From assembly GCA_963824385.1 (NCBI GenBank), contig CAWGPD010000002.1, positions 128,001 through 192,000 of the forward strand: a DNA stretch of 64,000 bases. The letters run 5' to 3'. Source of the DNA: an uncultured Nitrososphaerota archaeon (GTDB taxonomy: Archaea; Thermoproteota; Nitrososphaeria; Nitrososphaerales; Nitrosopumilaceae). Below, piece after piece: positions 10,167 through 20,395 of this stretch (within the stretch, counting starts at the first letter, position 1; each line of letters starts with the position of its first letter). The notes beneath the pieces were generated by a model. That model was not told where the DNA came from and ran no database searches. It was given only the letters and a program-made list of their open reading frames with translations. The translations under genes and the position numbers were made by a program.

Positions 10167-11251
10167 CTTTTAGTTAACTTGTGTAATACTTTGGAAATGT
10201 AATGTAGATCATTTTCTGTAACCAAAGGGTTTACTGGCAAACTTAGGACAGAGTTAGCAGCCCAATCAGTAAGAGGAAGTTTGAGATCTTTTTTGTAAAA
10301 TGGAGTCTTGTGTACTGGAATTGGATAGTATGCAGTTGCTCCTATGTCTTGTGCGTTTAGTTGTTTCATTAGTTTATTTCGATTTGCAGTAGCAATTGTA
10401 TAAAGATACCAATTTACATTAACACCATCTCTTTCTTCAGGCAAGATAACATTCAGATCAGATAATAATTCATTGAGTATTGTTGCATTCTTCTTTCTTT
10501 TTTCTAGGAACTTTGGAAGTTTTTTCATCTGAACTTTCACTATTGCAGCACAAATTTCTGGAAGTCTTAGATTTAGTCCAAGTATTCTGGTATCATACCC
10601 ATGAAGCATTCCATGGTTTCGAATCTTGCGCAGTTTTTCAAAGAGAATTTTATCATCTGTAACTATAGCCCCACCTTCTCCAGATGTCATAACCTTAGCA
10701 GCATACATGCTAAAGCAACCCATTTTTGAAAATGTTCCAGATTGTTTTTTCTTGTATGTGGTTCCTAATGATTGACATGCATCTTCTATTATCTCAAGAT
10801 TATGCTTATCTGCAATTTCAGAAATTTCATCCATGTATGAAAAATTCCCATATAGATGAACTGGCATTATTGCTTTAGATTTTTTTGTAATTTTCTTTTT
10901 AAGATCACTTGGATCCATAGTATAATTTTCTGGACGTATATCAACAAATACGGGCTTTGCTCCAACTGATACAATAGCGTTAGCAGTTGCTACAAATGTA
11001 AATGACGGTATCAAAACTTCATCTCCTTGTTTTATGTCAAGGGCATAAAGTGCGGCTTGTAGTGCGGCTGTCCCAGAATTTACTGCTATTGCATATTTTG
11101 ATTTTACAAAAGAAGCCAAAAGTTGTTCAAATTCTTGTACTCTCTTTCCACCAGCATTTGCAGCAGATGTAAGAGATTTCTCTGTTAATACCAATCGTAC
11201 TTCATTTATTTCGTCTTTTTCGATAATTGGTATATTTATTGGAATTTTCAA
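10163..11251 (-). CDS. DegT/DnrJ/EryC1/StrS PLP aminotransferase
   Basis: NSGTAAL, TFVATANA, PVHLYG, IEDACQSLG and FS.YAAK.MTSGEGG motifs. Confidence 0.92.
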   Translation of the reverse strand: MKIPINIPIIEKDEINEVRLVLTEKSLTSAANAGGKRVQEFEQLLASFVKSKYAIAVNSGTAALQAALYALDIKQGDEVLIPSFTFVATANAIVSVGAKPVFVDIRPENYTMDPSDLKKKITKKSKAIMPVHLYGNFSYMDEISEIADKHNLEIIEDACQSLGTTYKKKQSGTFSKMGCFSMYAAKVMTSGEGGAIVTDDKILFEKLRKIRNHGMLHGYDTRILGLNLRLPEICAAIVKVQMKKLPKFLEKRKKNATILNELLSDLNVILPEERDGVNVNWYLYTIATANRNKLMKQLNAQDIGATAYYPIPVHKTPFYKKDLKLPLTDWAANSVLSLPVNPLVTENDLHYISKVLHKLTKR

Positions 11252-11336
11252 TAATACAGTAGAAAATTTTACGCTATAATTAAACTTCCTAAATTAAAAC
11301 CAATTCTTATATTTTAGAGATATACATCGAGATCAA

Positions 11337-11900
11337 ATGAAAGTACATCTTCAAGAAAATGATCCTAGTTACAAGATATTTTTGTATGTTTTCTATATTA
11401 GTGCGTTCATAATGTGTTCTATCACCATTTTTGGATTTTATGCTATGATTCAGGAATGGTCTACCAAGGGCACATATGTAATGGGAGAGGTACTTGTCAA
11501 GACAGAATTTCCAACTCCTCATTTTGCCAAGTTAATGACATGGTTATTTTTTTCAGCAATTGTCAGTTGGTATTGTGTCTCACGAATAGGTTGGAAAAGG
11601 ACAGTTACTGTCTCAAAATGGAAGCTTGCAATGGTACAACTAATGCTCTTGGGATTAACAGTAATTACACTCTATGAAACAATTTACAATTTTATTCTTC
11701 TTAGTTCTCAGATCACTGCAGGAATGATAAACGGAGTAACTCCAGATATTGATTCACTCACAGTAGCTTATCCAGATCCTAATAGGCCATGGAATCTTAT
11801 CTTTGCAACAAAGATATTTCTTGCTGCATTTTTGATTAGTGCACATGCATTCTATCTTAGTACACGTCCTAGAAAGTCAGTTCAAGAACTAGATGCTTAA
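11337..11900 (+). CDS. Hypothetical four-TM membrane protein
   Basis: Four hydrophobic segments in a 187-aa ORF. Confidence 0.65.
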   Translation: MKVHLQENDPSYKIFLYVFYISAFIMCSITIFGFYAMIQEWSTKGTYVMGEVLVKTEFPTPHFAKLMTWLFFSAIVSWYCVSRIGWKRTVTVSKWKLAMVQLMLLGLTVITLYETIYNFILLSSQITAGMINGVTPDIDSLTVAYPDPNRPWNLIFATKIFLAAFLISAHAFYLSTRPRKSVQELDA

Positions 11901-11933
11901 ATTTATAGGAATACATGTTGGAATCTGACTAAA

Positions 11934-12989
11934 ATGGATGTTACAGAAAAAATCAAACTAGTAACTAGGGAACCTACAGAAGAAGTGGTAACTCAAGAAG
12001 AGTTATTGAATCTGTTTAACACCAATCCACATCCCAAACACTACATCGGCCTTGAGATATCTGGTTTTATGCATTTGGGAAGTTTGATACTTACTGGATT
12101 TAAAATAAATGATTTTATCAAAGCTGGAGTCAAGTGTACAGTATTTTTGGCAGACTGGCATACTTATCTAAATAACAAACTTGGAGGAGACTGGGAAAAA
12201 ATACGAATGGTATCAAAATACTATGCTGATGCATTCAAGATGTTCTGTCCAGGAGTTGAGATTGTTGAAGGCTCTCAACTTTATGAATCAAAAAGAGGTT
12301 ATTGGTTGGATCTTGTTAAATTTGCAAAGAATATGTCACTTGAACGTACTATGCGTTCACTTACAATAATGGGAAGAAGTACTGAGAAAGATAAGATTGA
12401 TCTTGGTCAACTTTTCTATCCTCCAATGCAAGCTGTGGATATTCATACAATGGATTTGGATATAGTACATGCAGGAATGGATCAAAGAAAGATTCACATG
12501 CTTGTCAGAGAGATTTTTCCAAAAATGAAGTGGAAGGTACCAGTTGCAGTTCATCACCATATTCTTGCAGGACTTGGCGAGCCAGAAACTGCCTCAGATA
12601 CTGATTCAGACTTTGTATCAAGTAAGATGAGTAAATCAAAATCGGCATCAGGAATATTTGTTCATGACACAGATGAAGAAATTAATTCAAAATTTAAGAA
12701 AGCTTGGTGTCCAGAAGGAATTATAGATAAAAATCCTGTACTTGAGATATCAAAACATATCATTTTTCATGAATTCAACGAAGTTATTGTAGAACGTCCA
12801 GCTAAATTTGGTGGAAATGTTACTTATACAAGATATCAGGATTTAGAAGGAGATTTTATGCAGAAAAAATTACATCCATCAGATCTAAAAGCTACAGTTT
12901 CCAAATATGTTATCGACATAATTAGACCAATAAGAGAAAAAATTGTCCTGACAGATGAACTTTCTGAGGCAATAAAGAAAACTACTTGA
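11934..12989 (+). CDS. tyrS: Tyrosine--tRNA ligase
   Basis: YIGLEISG.MHLG (HIGH-like), YPPMQAVD, GMDQRKIH and KMSKS motifs. Confidence 0.95.
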   Translation: MDVTEKIKLVTREPTEEVVTQEELLNLFNTNPHPKHYIGLEISGFMHLGSLILTGFKINDFIKAGVKCTVFLADWHTYLNNKLGGDWEKIRMVSKYYADAFKMFCPGVEIVEGSQLYESKRGYWLDLVKFAKNMSLERTMRSLTIMGRSTEKDKIDLGQLFYPPMQAVDIHTMDLDIVHAGMDQRKIHMLVREIFPKMKWKVPVAVHHHILAGLGEPETASDTDSDFVSSKMSKSKSASGIFVHDTDEEINSKFKKAWCPEGIIDKNPVLEISKHIIFHEFNEVIVERPAKFGGNVTYTRYQDLEGDFMQKKLHPSDLKATVSKYVIDIIRPIREKIVLTDELSEAIKKTT

Positions 12990-13962
12990 GACTTGGTCTT
13001 ACTTTGCTTGAAAATAATGATAACATCTCAAGTGATTTTGATAATCCTATAAAGTTAACAATAAAGTAATTAATTCCAATCTTTAGATATTGTTGTAGAT
13101 GATCGCTTACTTCATCAGGTGTGCCTAATGCGATACTATCCTTTGAACGAATGATAAATTCTGCGATAGATTCATTTTTCTTTTTTAGTTTAGATATAAT
13201 ATCTTTAACATCATCATTATCTTTTCCAACCAAGACTCGTAACAAAACAGAGTTTTCTATTTCTTCATGATTTCTTTTGATTAATTTACAATTCTCTCTT
13301 AGAAGTTTTATTTTTTCTTCTAAAATGTCAGGTGTACCAAAAGGATGATTATATCTAGTAGCATGTCTTGCAGCAACCCTCATGAGTTTTTTTCCTGCGC
13401 CTCCTACCATAATTGTAGGATGAGGTTTTTGTATTGGTTTTGGATTGCAGACAGCATTTTTGATAGAATAGTGTTTTCCTTTAAAGCTTGATTTTTGATT
13501 TTGCCACATTTTTTTGATTATTATAAGAGATTCATCAAGCTGTTCAATTCGTGTCAGTGGATCATCAAATTTGTATCCATAGGAATTGTATTCATATTCA
13601 AACCAGCCAGCTCCTATACCAAATTCTAGTCTTCCATTACTGATTGCATCAAGTGTAGATGTCATTTTTGCTAAAAGGGATGGATGTCTATAGGAATTGC
13701 ATGTAACTACCTGTCCTATTCTGAGTTTTGATGTTATTGAGCAAATAGCAGAAAGAAGTGTATAGGCTTCAAAAAAAGTTTCAGTACGATTATCGGAAGG
13801 ATGTGGAATAAAATGATCATAAACATATCCTGCGTCAAATCCGAGTTTTTCTGCAGTTAATGCAACATTTTTTGAAAATAGAAATTGCATATAGGGATTA
13901 TTTGTAGGAAATTCATCTAGCCAACCTTGTGGCAAGGTAAGTCCTATCTGGACTGATGTCAT
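12982..13962 (-). CDS. LLM-class (probably F420-dependent) oxidoreductase
   Basis: AEKLGFD..YVYDHF, YRHPSLLAKM..TLD.IS.GRLEFGIGAGW and PKP.Q.PHP.I.VGG motifs. Confidence 0.88.
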   Translation of the reverse strand: MTSVQIGLTLPQGWLDEFPTNNPYMQFLFSKNVALTAEKLGFDAGYVYDHFIPHPSDNRTETFFEAYTLLSAICSITSKLRIGQVVTCNSYRHPSLLAKMTSTLDAISNGRLEFGIGAGWFEYEYNSYGYKFDDPLTRIEQLDESLIIIKKMWQNQKSSFKGKHYSIKNAVCNPKPIQKPHPTIMVGGAGKKLMRVAARHATRYNHPFGTPDILEEKIKLLRENCKLIKRNHEEIENSVLLRVLVGKDNDDVKDIISKLKKKNESIAEFIIRSKDSIALGTPDEVSDHLQQYLKIGINYFIVNFIGLSKSLEMLSLFSSKVRPSLK

Positions 13963-13963
13963 A

Positions 13964-14752
13964 CTATTTTCTAGTTTGTTGCGGTTCTACAATATTATAT
14001 TTTGATGTATACCCACGCGGGTTTATCATCAAGTCTTTATACATGTAAGTTGAGGAGTTTCCAATTATTACAGTAGTAATCATACCAAGCTTATCATTGT
14101 GTTGTTCCATGTTTTCCAAATCTGTTAAAACAACTTCTTCAGATTCTCTAAATGCTCCTTTTACAATTGCTACTGGTGTACTTGGTGATCTATATTTTAA
14201 AAGAATTTTTCTTGTATCTTGTAATTGATGAATTCTTTTTTTGCTTGCAGGATTGTATATTACAATAACAAAATCACCCTGAGCTGCAGCTTCGACTCTT
14301 TTTATTATAATTTCCCAAGGAACAAGTAGATCACTCATGCTTACCACAGCAAAATCTGTCATGAGAGGAGAGCCAACAAGCGCTGCACAAGAATTAAGCG
14401 ATGAAACACCTGGAACTATTTCAACATGAAGACCAGCCTTTCTGTCCCAACCTTCTTCTGCAAGAATTTCGTAGATTAAGCCAGCCATTCCGTATATTCC
14501 AGGATCTCCACTGGATACAAGTGAAACTATTTTTCCAGATTTTGCAAGATCAATGCATTGATGTGCTCTTTCTACTTCTTGTGTCATTGCATATCTATGA
14601 ACTTCTTTGCCGTCTATTAGATCTGCAACCAAGTTAACATATGTCTCATATCCCACAATTGTATCACTTTCCTCAATTGCTTGCTTTGCTCGAAAAGTCA
14701 TATGATCATGATGACCTGGTCCTACACCTACGATAAACAGTTTACCAGTCAT
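13964..14752 (-). CDS. cobJ: Precorrin-3B C17-methyltransferase (CobJ/CbiH)
   Basis: VGVGPG, VSSGDPGIYGMAG, DFAVVSMSDLLVPWE, YNP.S..R and NPRGY motifs. Confidence 0.92.
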   Translation of the reverse strand: MTGKLFIVGVGPGHHDHMTFRAKQAIEESDTIVGYETYVNLVADLIDGKEVHRYAMTQEVERAHQCIDLAKSGKIVSLVSSGDPGIYGMAGLIYEILAEEGWDRKAGLHVEIVPGVSSLNSCAALVGSPLMTDFAVVSMSDLLVPWEIIIKRVEAAAQGDFVIVIYNPASKKRIHQLQDTRKILLKYRSPSTPVAIVKGAFRESEEVVLTDLENMEQHNDKLGMITTVIIGNSSTYMYKDLMINPRGYTSKYNIVEPQQTRK

Positions 14753-14839
14753 TCAAACTTAGGAGATTTTTAAAGTAAATTTATCCCTTTTCATGATTTT
14801 ATTGATTTGTCCATGATTGAATAATAAAAGGATGTTTGC

Positions 14840-16238
14840 CTATTTTCCAAGTTCAAACTCATCATGTAATGCCTGTACTGCTACATTACAGTCAGAATCT
14901 TTGACTACAAAAGCAAGATTAAGCTCAGAAGAACCTTGTGCTATCATTATTACATTTACGCCTTTTTTTGCTACAGACTGTAAATACTTTGGAAGCAACT
15001 CCTGCCATTCCTCTCATTCCAGAACCTATGAGAGCAATTATTGATACATCTACTGTAACATCCACTTTTTTTATGATCTTTCCAAGCAGATTCATTTCAA
15101 GTGCATTTACTGCTTTATCTAAATCATTTTTCTTTACAATTATAGATATGGATGATTCTGATGGACTTTGAGATATCATCATTATGTTAATTCCTTCTTT
15201 TGCAAGAATAGAAAATATTGTAGCTGCAGTCCCCGGGGCACCAACCATGCTTCCGCCTCGTACATCAATTAGTCCTGTATGTCTAATTGTACTTACACAC
15301 TTTACCATCTTTTGAGTATCAGCCTGCGGAGTGGCAGTAACTAACGTACCAGAATTATTTACATTAAACGTATTTCTTATACGTAAAGGAATTTTCTTTG
15401 TAACAAGTGGTTCAAGTGCTCTTGGATGAATGTATTTCGCACCAAATAGAGCCATTTCCATTGCTTCAATATATGACACTTCTTTGATTAGTTTAGCATT
15501 TTTTACAATTTTTGGATCAGTTGTCATTAAACCATCTACATCACTCATCAACCAAACTTCATCGGCTTTGATGCTAGATGCAATAATTGTTGCAGTATAA
15601 TCAGATCCTCCTCTTCCAAATGTAGTTATGTTACCATGTTGATCCGCACCTGCAAATCCTCCAATTACTGGCATGATCTTTTTTTGCAGGAGATTTTCTA
15701 TTGTATGAGAAACATGTAACCGTGTAGTATCCATAAGGGGTTTTGCTCCTCCAAAATTAGAATCTGTGACTATTCCTACATCTTTTCCTGTCATAGGTAT
15801 CGCTTTAACACCTATTTCATTTAATGTAAAAGCAATCAGATTGATGGATAATCTCTCACCAAATGAGATCAAGTAATCAGAAGAACGTGGTGTGACTTCT
15901 CCAAGTAGTAGCATTCCATGTAATAGATCTTGGAGTTCATCAAGATCTGTCTTCATCTTATCTTGTAATTCTTTTTTTATCTTTGAATTCTTGACACATT
16001 GATTTGCAATATCAATATGTATCTTGATAATTTTTTTCGCAAGTGAGTTTGCAGCTTCTTTGTTTCTGTTTTGAATTAAATTTGTTATTCGGATTAAATC
16101 GTCAGTAACTCCACTTATGGCAGAAAACACTGGAATTATTTTATGATTCTTTGTTAGTTTTTTTATTAGGTCTGCAACATTTCGTATATTTTGTGTAGAA
16201 GAAACAGAGGTTCCTCCGAATTTCAGAACAAGTTTCAA
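14840..16238 (-). CDS. lysC: Aspartate kinase (C-terminal frameshift near 14975)
   Basis: VLKFGGTSV, GRGGSDYTA and two ACT domains; the shifted frame ends ALHDEFELGK* at 14840. Confidence 0.93.
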
Positions 16239-16274
16239 ATCAGTATAACCTCGTTTTATTATCCTTAAAATCTT

Positions 16275-17021
16275 TTAACTTTCAACTCTAGGAGCAAGGT
16301 AAAAGTGAATTCTTCCAATGTTTGCTACTTTAAATTCCAATCTTAGTGGCATTTTAGTTGAAAATTCACAAACTACTGTGCCTGCAACCGTACCTACCGC
16401 TTTTACTATACTATTAAGATATTCTAAACTATAGGTTGCATTACTATCTTCCTTGACCTCAATCTCTGGCATTTCAGACATTCCTTTTTCTAGTGTTATA
16501 ATTGCCTCACCAGAATCACCACGTCCTGAAAATTCTGCTTTTGTAGGAGTGGTATTAATTGAGAGATATTCTGAGACTACTTGGATATCACCAAGTATCT
16601 TATCAAATTCCCCAGATGTAACTCCCACCTTTGCATTGTAAGTAATTTTTGGGAGTGGTGTATCGGTTGCTGAACTTTCAATTAATCTCATCTTATATTT
16701 TTTATTTTTACCTATTGTAACAAGTAAAAGATTATCTTCAGAAATACTAATTTCTATATTGTCTTTTTTATCAGCTCTTTTGATCAATTTTGAAAACTCG
16801 TCTATTCTAACTCCAAACTTAACATCTTGATCACAAACATATTTTTCAAATGCAGAATTAGGCCAAGCAATATCAATCAAGGCTACATGTGACGGATCCA
16901 TGCCCCTAAAAGCAATCCCCTCACCTGTTGCTTCGAATGTAGCTTCTTCAACTAGAGTTGATATAGCAGATATGACAGCTTTCCATTCTTCAGAACCTCC
17001 AGTCTTTGCAGAAAATACCAA
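16275..17021 (-). CDS. pcn: PCNA sliding clamp
   Basis: GMDPSHVALID, YSLEYL and FYLAPRVE motifs. Confidence 0.96.
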   Translation of the reverse strand: MVFSAKTGGSEEWKAVISAISTLVEEATFEATGEGIAFRGMDPSHVALIDIAWPNSAFEKYVCDQDVKFGVRIDEFSKLIKRADKKDNIEISISEDNLLLVTIGKNKKYKMRLIESSATDTPLPKITYNAKVGVTSGEFDKILGDIQVVSEYLSINTTPTKAEFSGRGDSGEAIITLEKGMSEMPEIEVKEDSNATYSLEYLNSIVKAVGTVAGTVVCEFSTKMPLRLEFKVANIGRIHFYLAPRVES

Positions 17022-17056
17022 ACTTACTCAGATCTCCAGAATGTTCAAGTTAAACC

Positions 17057-17372
17057 TTATGCGTAGTTTCGCCAAGTATAGCTACATTTAACACATCTAT
17101 AAAACTGGGTAGTAGGTTCATCTGCACTTCTTGTCTGAAGCATCCACCAAACAGCTTCATTATGTCCGCACTTTTCACATTCGATCTTAATTGTTGGTAA
17201 TGCTTCTTTCATTTCTTTTTCATCCAAAGAGATGATAGAGGAAACAGTTTCATTTTTTACTTCTTTTGTTACCTTGTTTCCTTTTTCACTATATCCACAT
17301 TTTGGACATACAAATTCAGAGTCAGAGTCTATCTATCTTTAATCTCGCCTGACACTTTGGACAGAATTTCAT
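17057..17372 (-). CDS. tfs: Transcription elongation factor TFS/RpoM (frameshifted)
   Basis: Not in ORF track. MKFCPKC...CPKCG N-terminal Zn ribbon and CEKCGH...QTRSADEPTTQFYRCVKCSYTW C-terminal ribbon. Confidence 0.9.
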
Positions 17373-17663
17373 TTAAACACCTTTAATTTTAGAAAAAATT
17401 GCTTTTTTTAATTCATCAGTGTACTCTATAGCAGTCTTTGTTGCCTTTTCAATTTCCTTCACAGGATTGCCCTTTGAAGTATTTACTCGCATTGAAAGTT
17501 GTTTAGTTAGTGGATGTTTCAAGACTACACCTGCAAACTCTACAGTAGGATCTTTGAGCATCTCATATTGGACTATGTAGAGAGTGCTAATGTCTGATTT
17601 TCTTATGTCCAATTGAACCTCTTTTGGAGAAGATTTCTTCAGTTGAACATCCATGTAAGTCAA
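17373..17663 (-). CDS. rpoL: RNA polymerase subunit Rpo11/L
   Basis: VEFAG...KHPL motif; position upstream of TFS and PCNA. Confidence 0.8.
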   Translation of the reverse strand: MTYMDVQLKKSSPKEVQLDIRKSDISTLYIVQYEMLKDPTVEFAGVVLKHPLTKQLSMRVNTSKGNPVKEIEKATKTAIEYTDELKKAIFSKIKGV

Positions 17664-17700
17664 AAAAATACATATTGAGGATATAAACCATTACCAATAG

Positions 17701-18243
17701 TTGACTAGCGATAAAAATGCAATAAGTGAAGTTTCTCTGGAGAAGTCCCCTGATAAACCAAAAATAGATGATAACATTGCAATAGACGTAAAATTCTCTA
17801 TTACGGGAGCTCTTCGTGAAGCCTTCAATGAGAAAAATTGGGAAAAGGCTTACAATAATCATGACAACTCCTTCAAGCTACGATATGGAGTAAAACTCCA
17901 TACTAGTGGGCTTAGAAAGAAAGAGATTGGTAAGCCATTAGACACGTACAAGAAAGTTGCCCTTTTTTGGACACGTAATCCAAAGCTGACTCAGATGGGA
18001 GAGAAGAAAGTCTGGGTACAGATATCCAAGAATTTCGAGCCATTCATTCCAAAAAATCAGGTTGACGCACAGCAATTACTTCTTGATTTTGATGAAAAAA
18101 TACAATTTAATGCATCTGATCTTGGAGTTGGTAAACATAAGATAGGAGCTGAGATTCATGTATCTTGGTTCAAACATGATTACATCGAACCATTTGATGA
18201 AACGGTACAATCTAAAGAAATTGAGATTGAAGTTACCAAATAG
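17701..18243 (+). CDS. Hypothetical protein
   Basis: 180-aa ORF with typical composition; no motif recognised. Confidence 0.6.
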   Translation: MTSDKNAISEVSLEKSPDKPKIDDNIAIDVKFSITGALREAFNEKNWEKAYNNHDNSFKLRYGVKLHTSGLRKKEIGKPLDTYKKVALFWTRNPKLTQMGEKKVWVQISKNFEPFIPKNQVDAQQLLLDFDEKIQFNASDLGVGKHKIGAEIHVSWFKHDYIEPFDETVQSKEIEIEVTK

Positions 18244-18272
18244 GATATAAATGGAATTATTGGTGTAACGGT

Positions 18273-18428
18273 ATGGCAAAATTCGATGGAATTAGAGGAC
18301 AAGAATTACTTGAAGTAGAAGACAAGTCAGAAAAAGAAGATCAAATAACCTTGATTTTCAAAGACAATAGGTTTCTCTTCATCAAACTAGAAAATGGCAA
18401 GATGGTAACTACATCTATACCAGAATAA
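18273..18428 (+). CDS. Small hypothetical protein (51 aa)
   Basis: ATG..TAA ORF MAKFDGIRGQELLEVEDK...TTSIPE fills the intergenic gap exactly; below the ORF-track cutoff. Confidence 0.65.
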   Translation: MAKFDGIRGQELLEVEDKSEKEDQITLIFKDNRFLFIKLENGKMVTTSIPE

Positions 18429-18429
18429 A

Positions 18430-18924
18430 CTACTTGTTAAGAAATTTGTAGTATAGACTGATTGCTATTTCTTGAGATTCAGATTGGATAGAACCAGGTC
18501 TTTCTTTTCGTACTTTTTGTATAGCATCTTTTGCTAAAAGTTTTTGATATTTTACAAGGTAGCAAGCAAGAATTGTACCAGTTCTTCCAATGCCTGCAGC
18601 ACAGTGAACCATTACAGGCTCATTATTTTCGATTCTGTTTTGTATAAACTCTACTGCTTCATCAATTTGTTCCATATCAGGTGCTGAGAAATCTTCTGTT
18701 GGGACATGAAGATATTTTATATTTTTTACCCATGATTCAGGAAGTGAATTCTCAGTCATTGTAATAATGGACTTTACTCCTTGCTTTTGTATCCAATCTA
18801 TTTCAGAAAGAGAAGTAGGCATTCCACTTCCAGCTAACTTGTTATTAATCAGCCAACTAAAATTTGTAGGTTTTTTTGCTATTTTGCCATGTACTTTTCT
18901 CCAGATATTTCCAGGTTTACTCAC
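18430..18924 (-). CDS. Dual-specificity protein phosphatase
   Basis: VHCAAGIGRTG (HCX5R) motif and RPGSIQ. Confidence 0.92.
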   Translation of the reverse strand: MSKPGNIWRKVHGKIAKKPTNFSWLINNKLAGSGMPTSLSEIDWIQKQGVKSIITMTENSLPESWVKNIKYLHVPTEDFSAPDMEQIDEAVEFIQNRIENNEPVMVHCAAGIGRTGTILACYLVKYQKLLAKDAIQKVRKERPGSIQSESQEIAISLYYKFLNK

Positions 18925-19009
18925 AATATCTCATAGGTAAAGGATCCATATATGTAGAAAACGAAGTAGAGAAATTAAAAATAATAAAAAGAGATTTTGA
19001 TGTTAGGAC

Positions 19010-19309
19010 TTAATCGATTAGTTCGGTCCAACCCTTGACGAATATAGAGTTTCTGTATAGTGGTACTGGTTGACCTACAGTAAAGTCCATTGGTCTCATC
19101 CAGAAGATTGCCTTTGTTGGGCATACACCTATGCATGCACCATCTGAAATGCATCTCTCTGGATAAAATACAAATGCTTTACCTCTCTTCCAGCCTTCTA
19201 CTGGTTTTACTCTTAATACGTCTGGGCCTAGTGTTGTACAGATCTCTACGCAGAGTGCACAACCTATGCACATTTGTTCGCCTATATCTGGAATAATTCC
19301 AACTGGCAT
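19010..19309 (-). CDS. Dicluster ferredoxin
   Basis: CIGCALCVEIC and CISDGACIGVCP motifs. Confidence 0.9.
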   Translation of the reverse strand: MPVGIIPDIGEQMCIGCALCVEICTTLGPDVLRVKPVEGWKRGKAFVFYPERCISDGACIGVCPTKAIFWMRPMDFTVGQPVPLYRNSIFVKGWTELID

Positions 19310-19481
19310 GTTGTGTACTTCGAGAAAAGATCTTAATATAACTTGCTGAAAAATGTCATGTTATAACGGCGTTTGAGAATTTTATAACACTGTTAATTTG
19401 CGATCATCTTATTCCAAATCTTTAGAATGACAATTATTGAAACCGACGTTTTTTTATAATTTATCATTAATTCAAGATATC

Positions 19482-19757
19482 ATGGGAAGTAAAATTCATT
19501 GTGCTCATATTTTAGTTGAAAAACTTAGTGTTGCACAAGATCTTAAAACAAGAATTTCAAAAGGCGAGAGTTTTGCAAATCTTGCTAAAGAGTATTCAAT
19601 AGACGTATCAAAGAAGAGAGGTGGAGATCTTGGATTTTTTGCCAGAGGAGCCATGGTATCAGAATTTGAAAAGGCAGCTTTTGTACTAGAAAAAGGAAAA
19701 GTCTCAGATATTGTAAAAACTCAGTTTGGATATCATATAATAAAAAGACTAGACTAG
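19482..19757 (+). CDS. Parvulin-type PPIase
   Basis: CAHILV, FANLAKEYS.D, GGDLGFF.RG.MV.EFE and KTQFGYHII; likely start is the ATG at 19482. Confidence 0.92.
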   Translation: MGSKIHCAHILVEKLSVAQDLKTRISKGESFANLAKEYSIDVSKKRGGDLGFFARGAMVSEFEKAAFVLEKGKVSDIVKTQFGYHIIKRLD

Positions 19758-20369
19758 TGGAATCAAATTTGAAGAGATAACAAATTTGCTTGAATCACTA
19801 GGCATGCTTAGTACAATACCGTCTTTTCCATATTCAAGAAGAATTTTCTTGCTGTTCTTTGTTTCAATCAGACGTTTACCTGTGGGTGATAAGACCCATC
19901 CTTCTTCCTTTTTGTATCTAACCATGCTTGCAACAACAAGATAAGATTTGGTTATCCTTGCTATACTTGCAAGTAGCATTATGATAGACATGATAGCCTT
20001 TCCAATATTCTTTTTCCGATTCAAGATATTGAAAAGTCCATTAAGTGAATCTACAATGATTATAGTCTGTAACATACTCGCTTTTACTAGGATCTCTTTG
20101 AGTATTTGATACAAATTTTCAGTAGTAGGTTGAAACAAACTTATATTTTCATTTGTAGGAAGTATTCCAGAGACAACATATCCACTATATAACAGATCAA
20201 GATCCAAGTATAAGACTTGAAGTTTTGTATCTTGGACTAACTTGGAGATAAAGCCTGCTTTCAAAAATGGATCAGAGTAAAATACAGAATTAATAAGATC
20301 CTGATCTAGTATTGTCTGCAAATTTAGATTAGATGAGTTAAGATCACCATTAGGATTTTTAAACAACAA
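19749..20369 (-). CDS. Hypothetical protein, degenerate RecA/KaiC-like fold
   Basis: VLYLDLD strand and IIIVDSLNG Walker-B-like motif; no GxxxxGKT. Confidence 0.5.
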   Translation of the reverse strand: MLFKNPNGDLNSSNLNLQTILDQDLINSVFYSDPFLKAGFISKLVQDTKLQVLYLDLDLLYSGYVVSGILPTNENISLFQPTTENLYQILKEILVKASMLQTIIIVDSLNGLFNILNRKKNIGKAIMSIIMLLASIARITKSYLVVASMVRYKKEEGWVLSPTGKRLIETKNSKKILLEYGKDGIVLSMPSDSSKFVISSNLIPLV

Positions 20370-20395
20370 AAATACTAGTAGATTGTAATATAATA

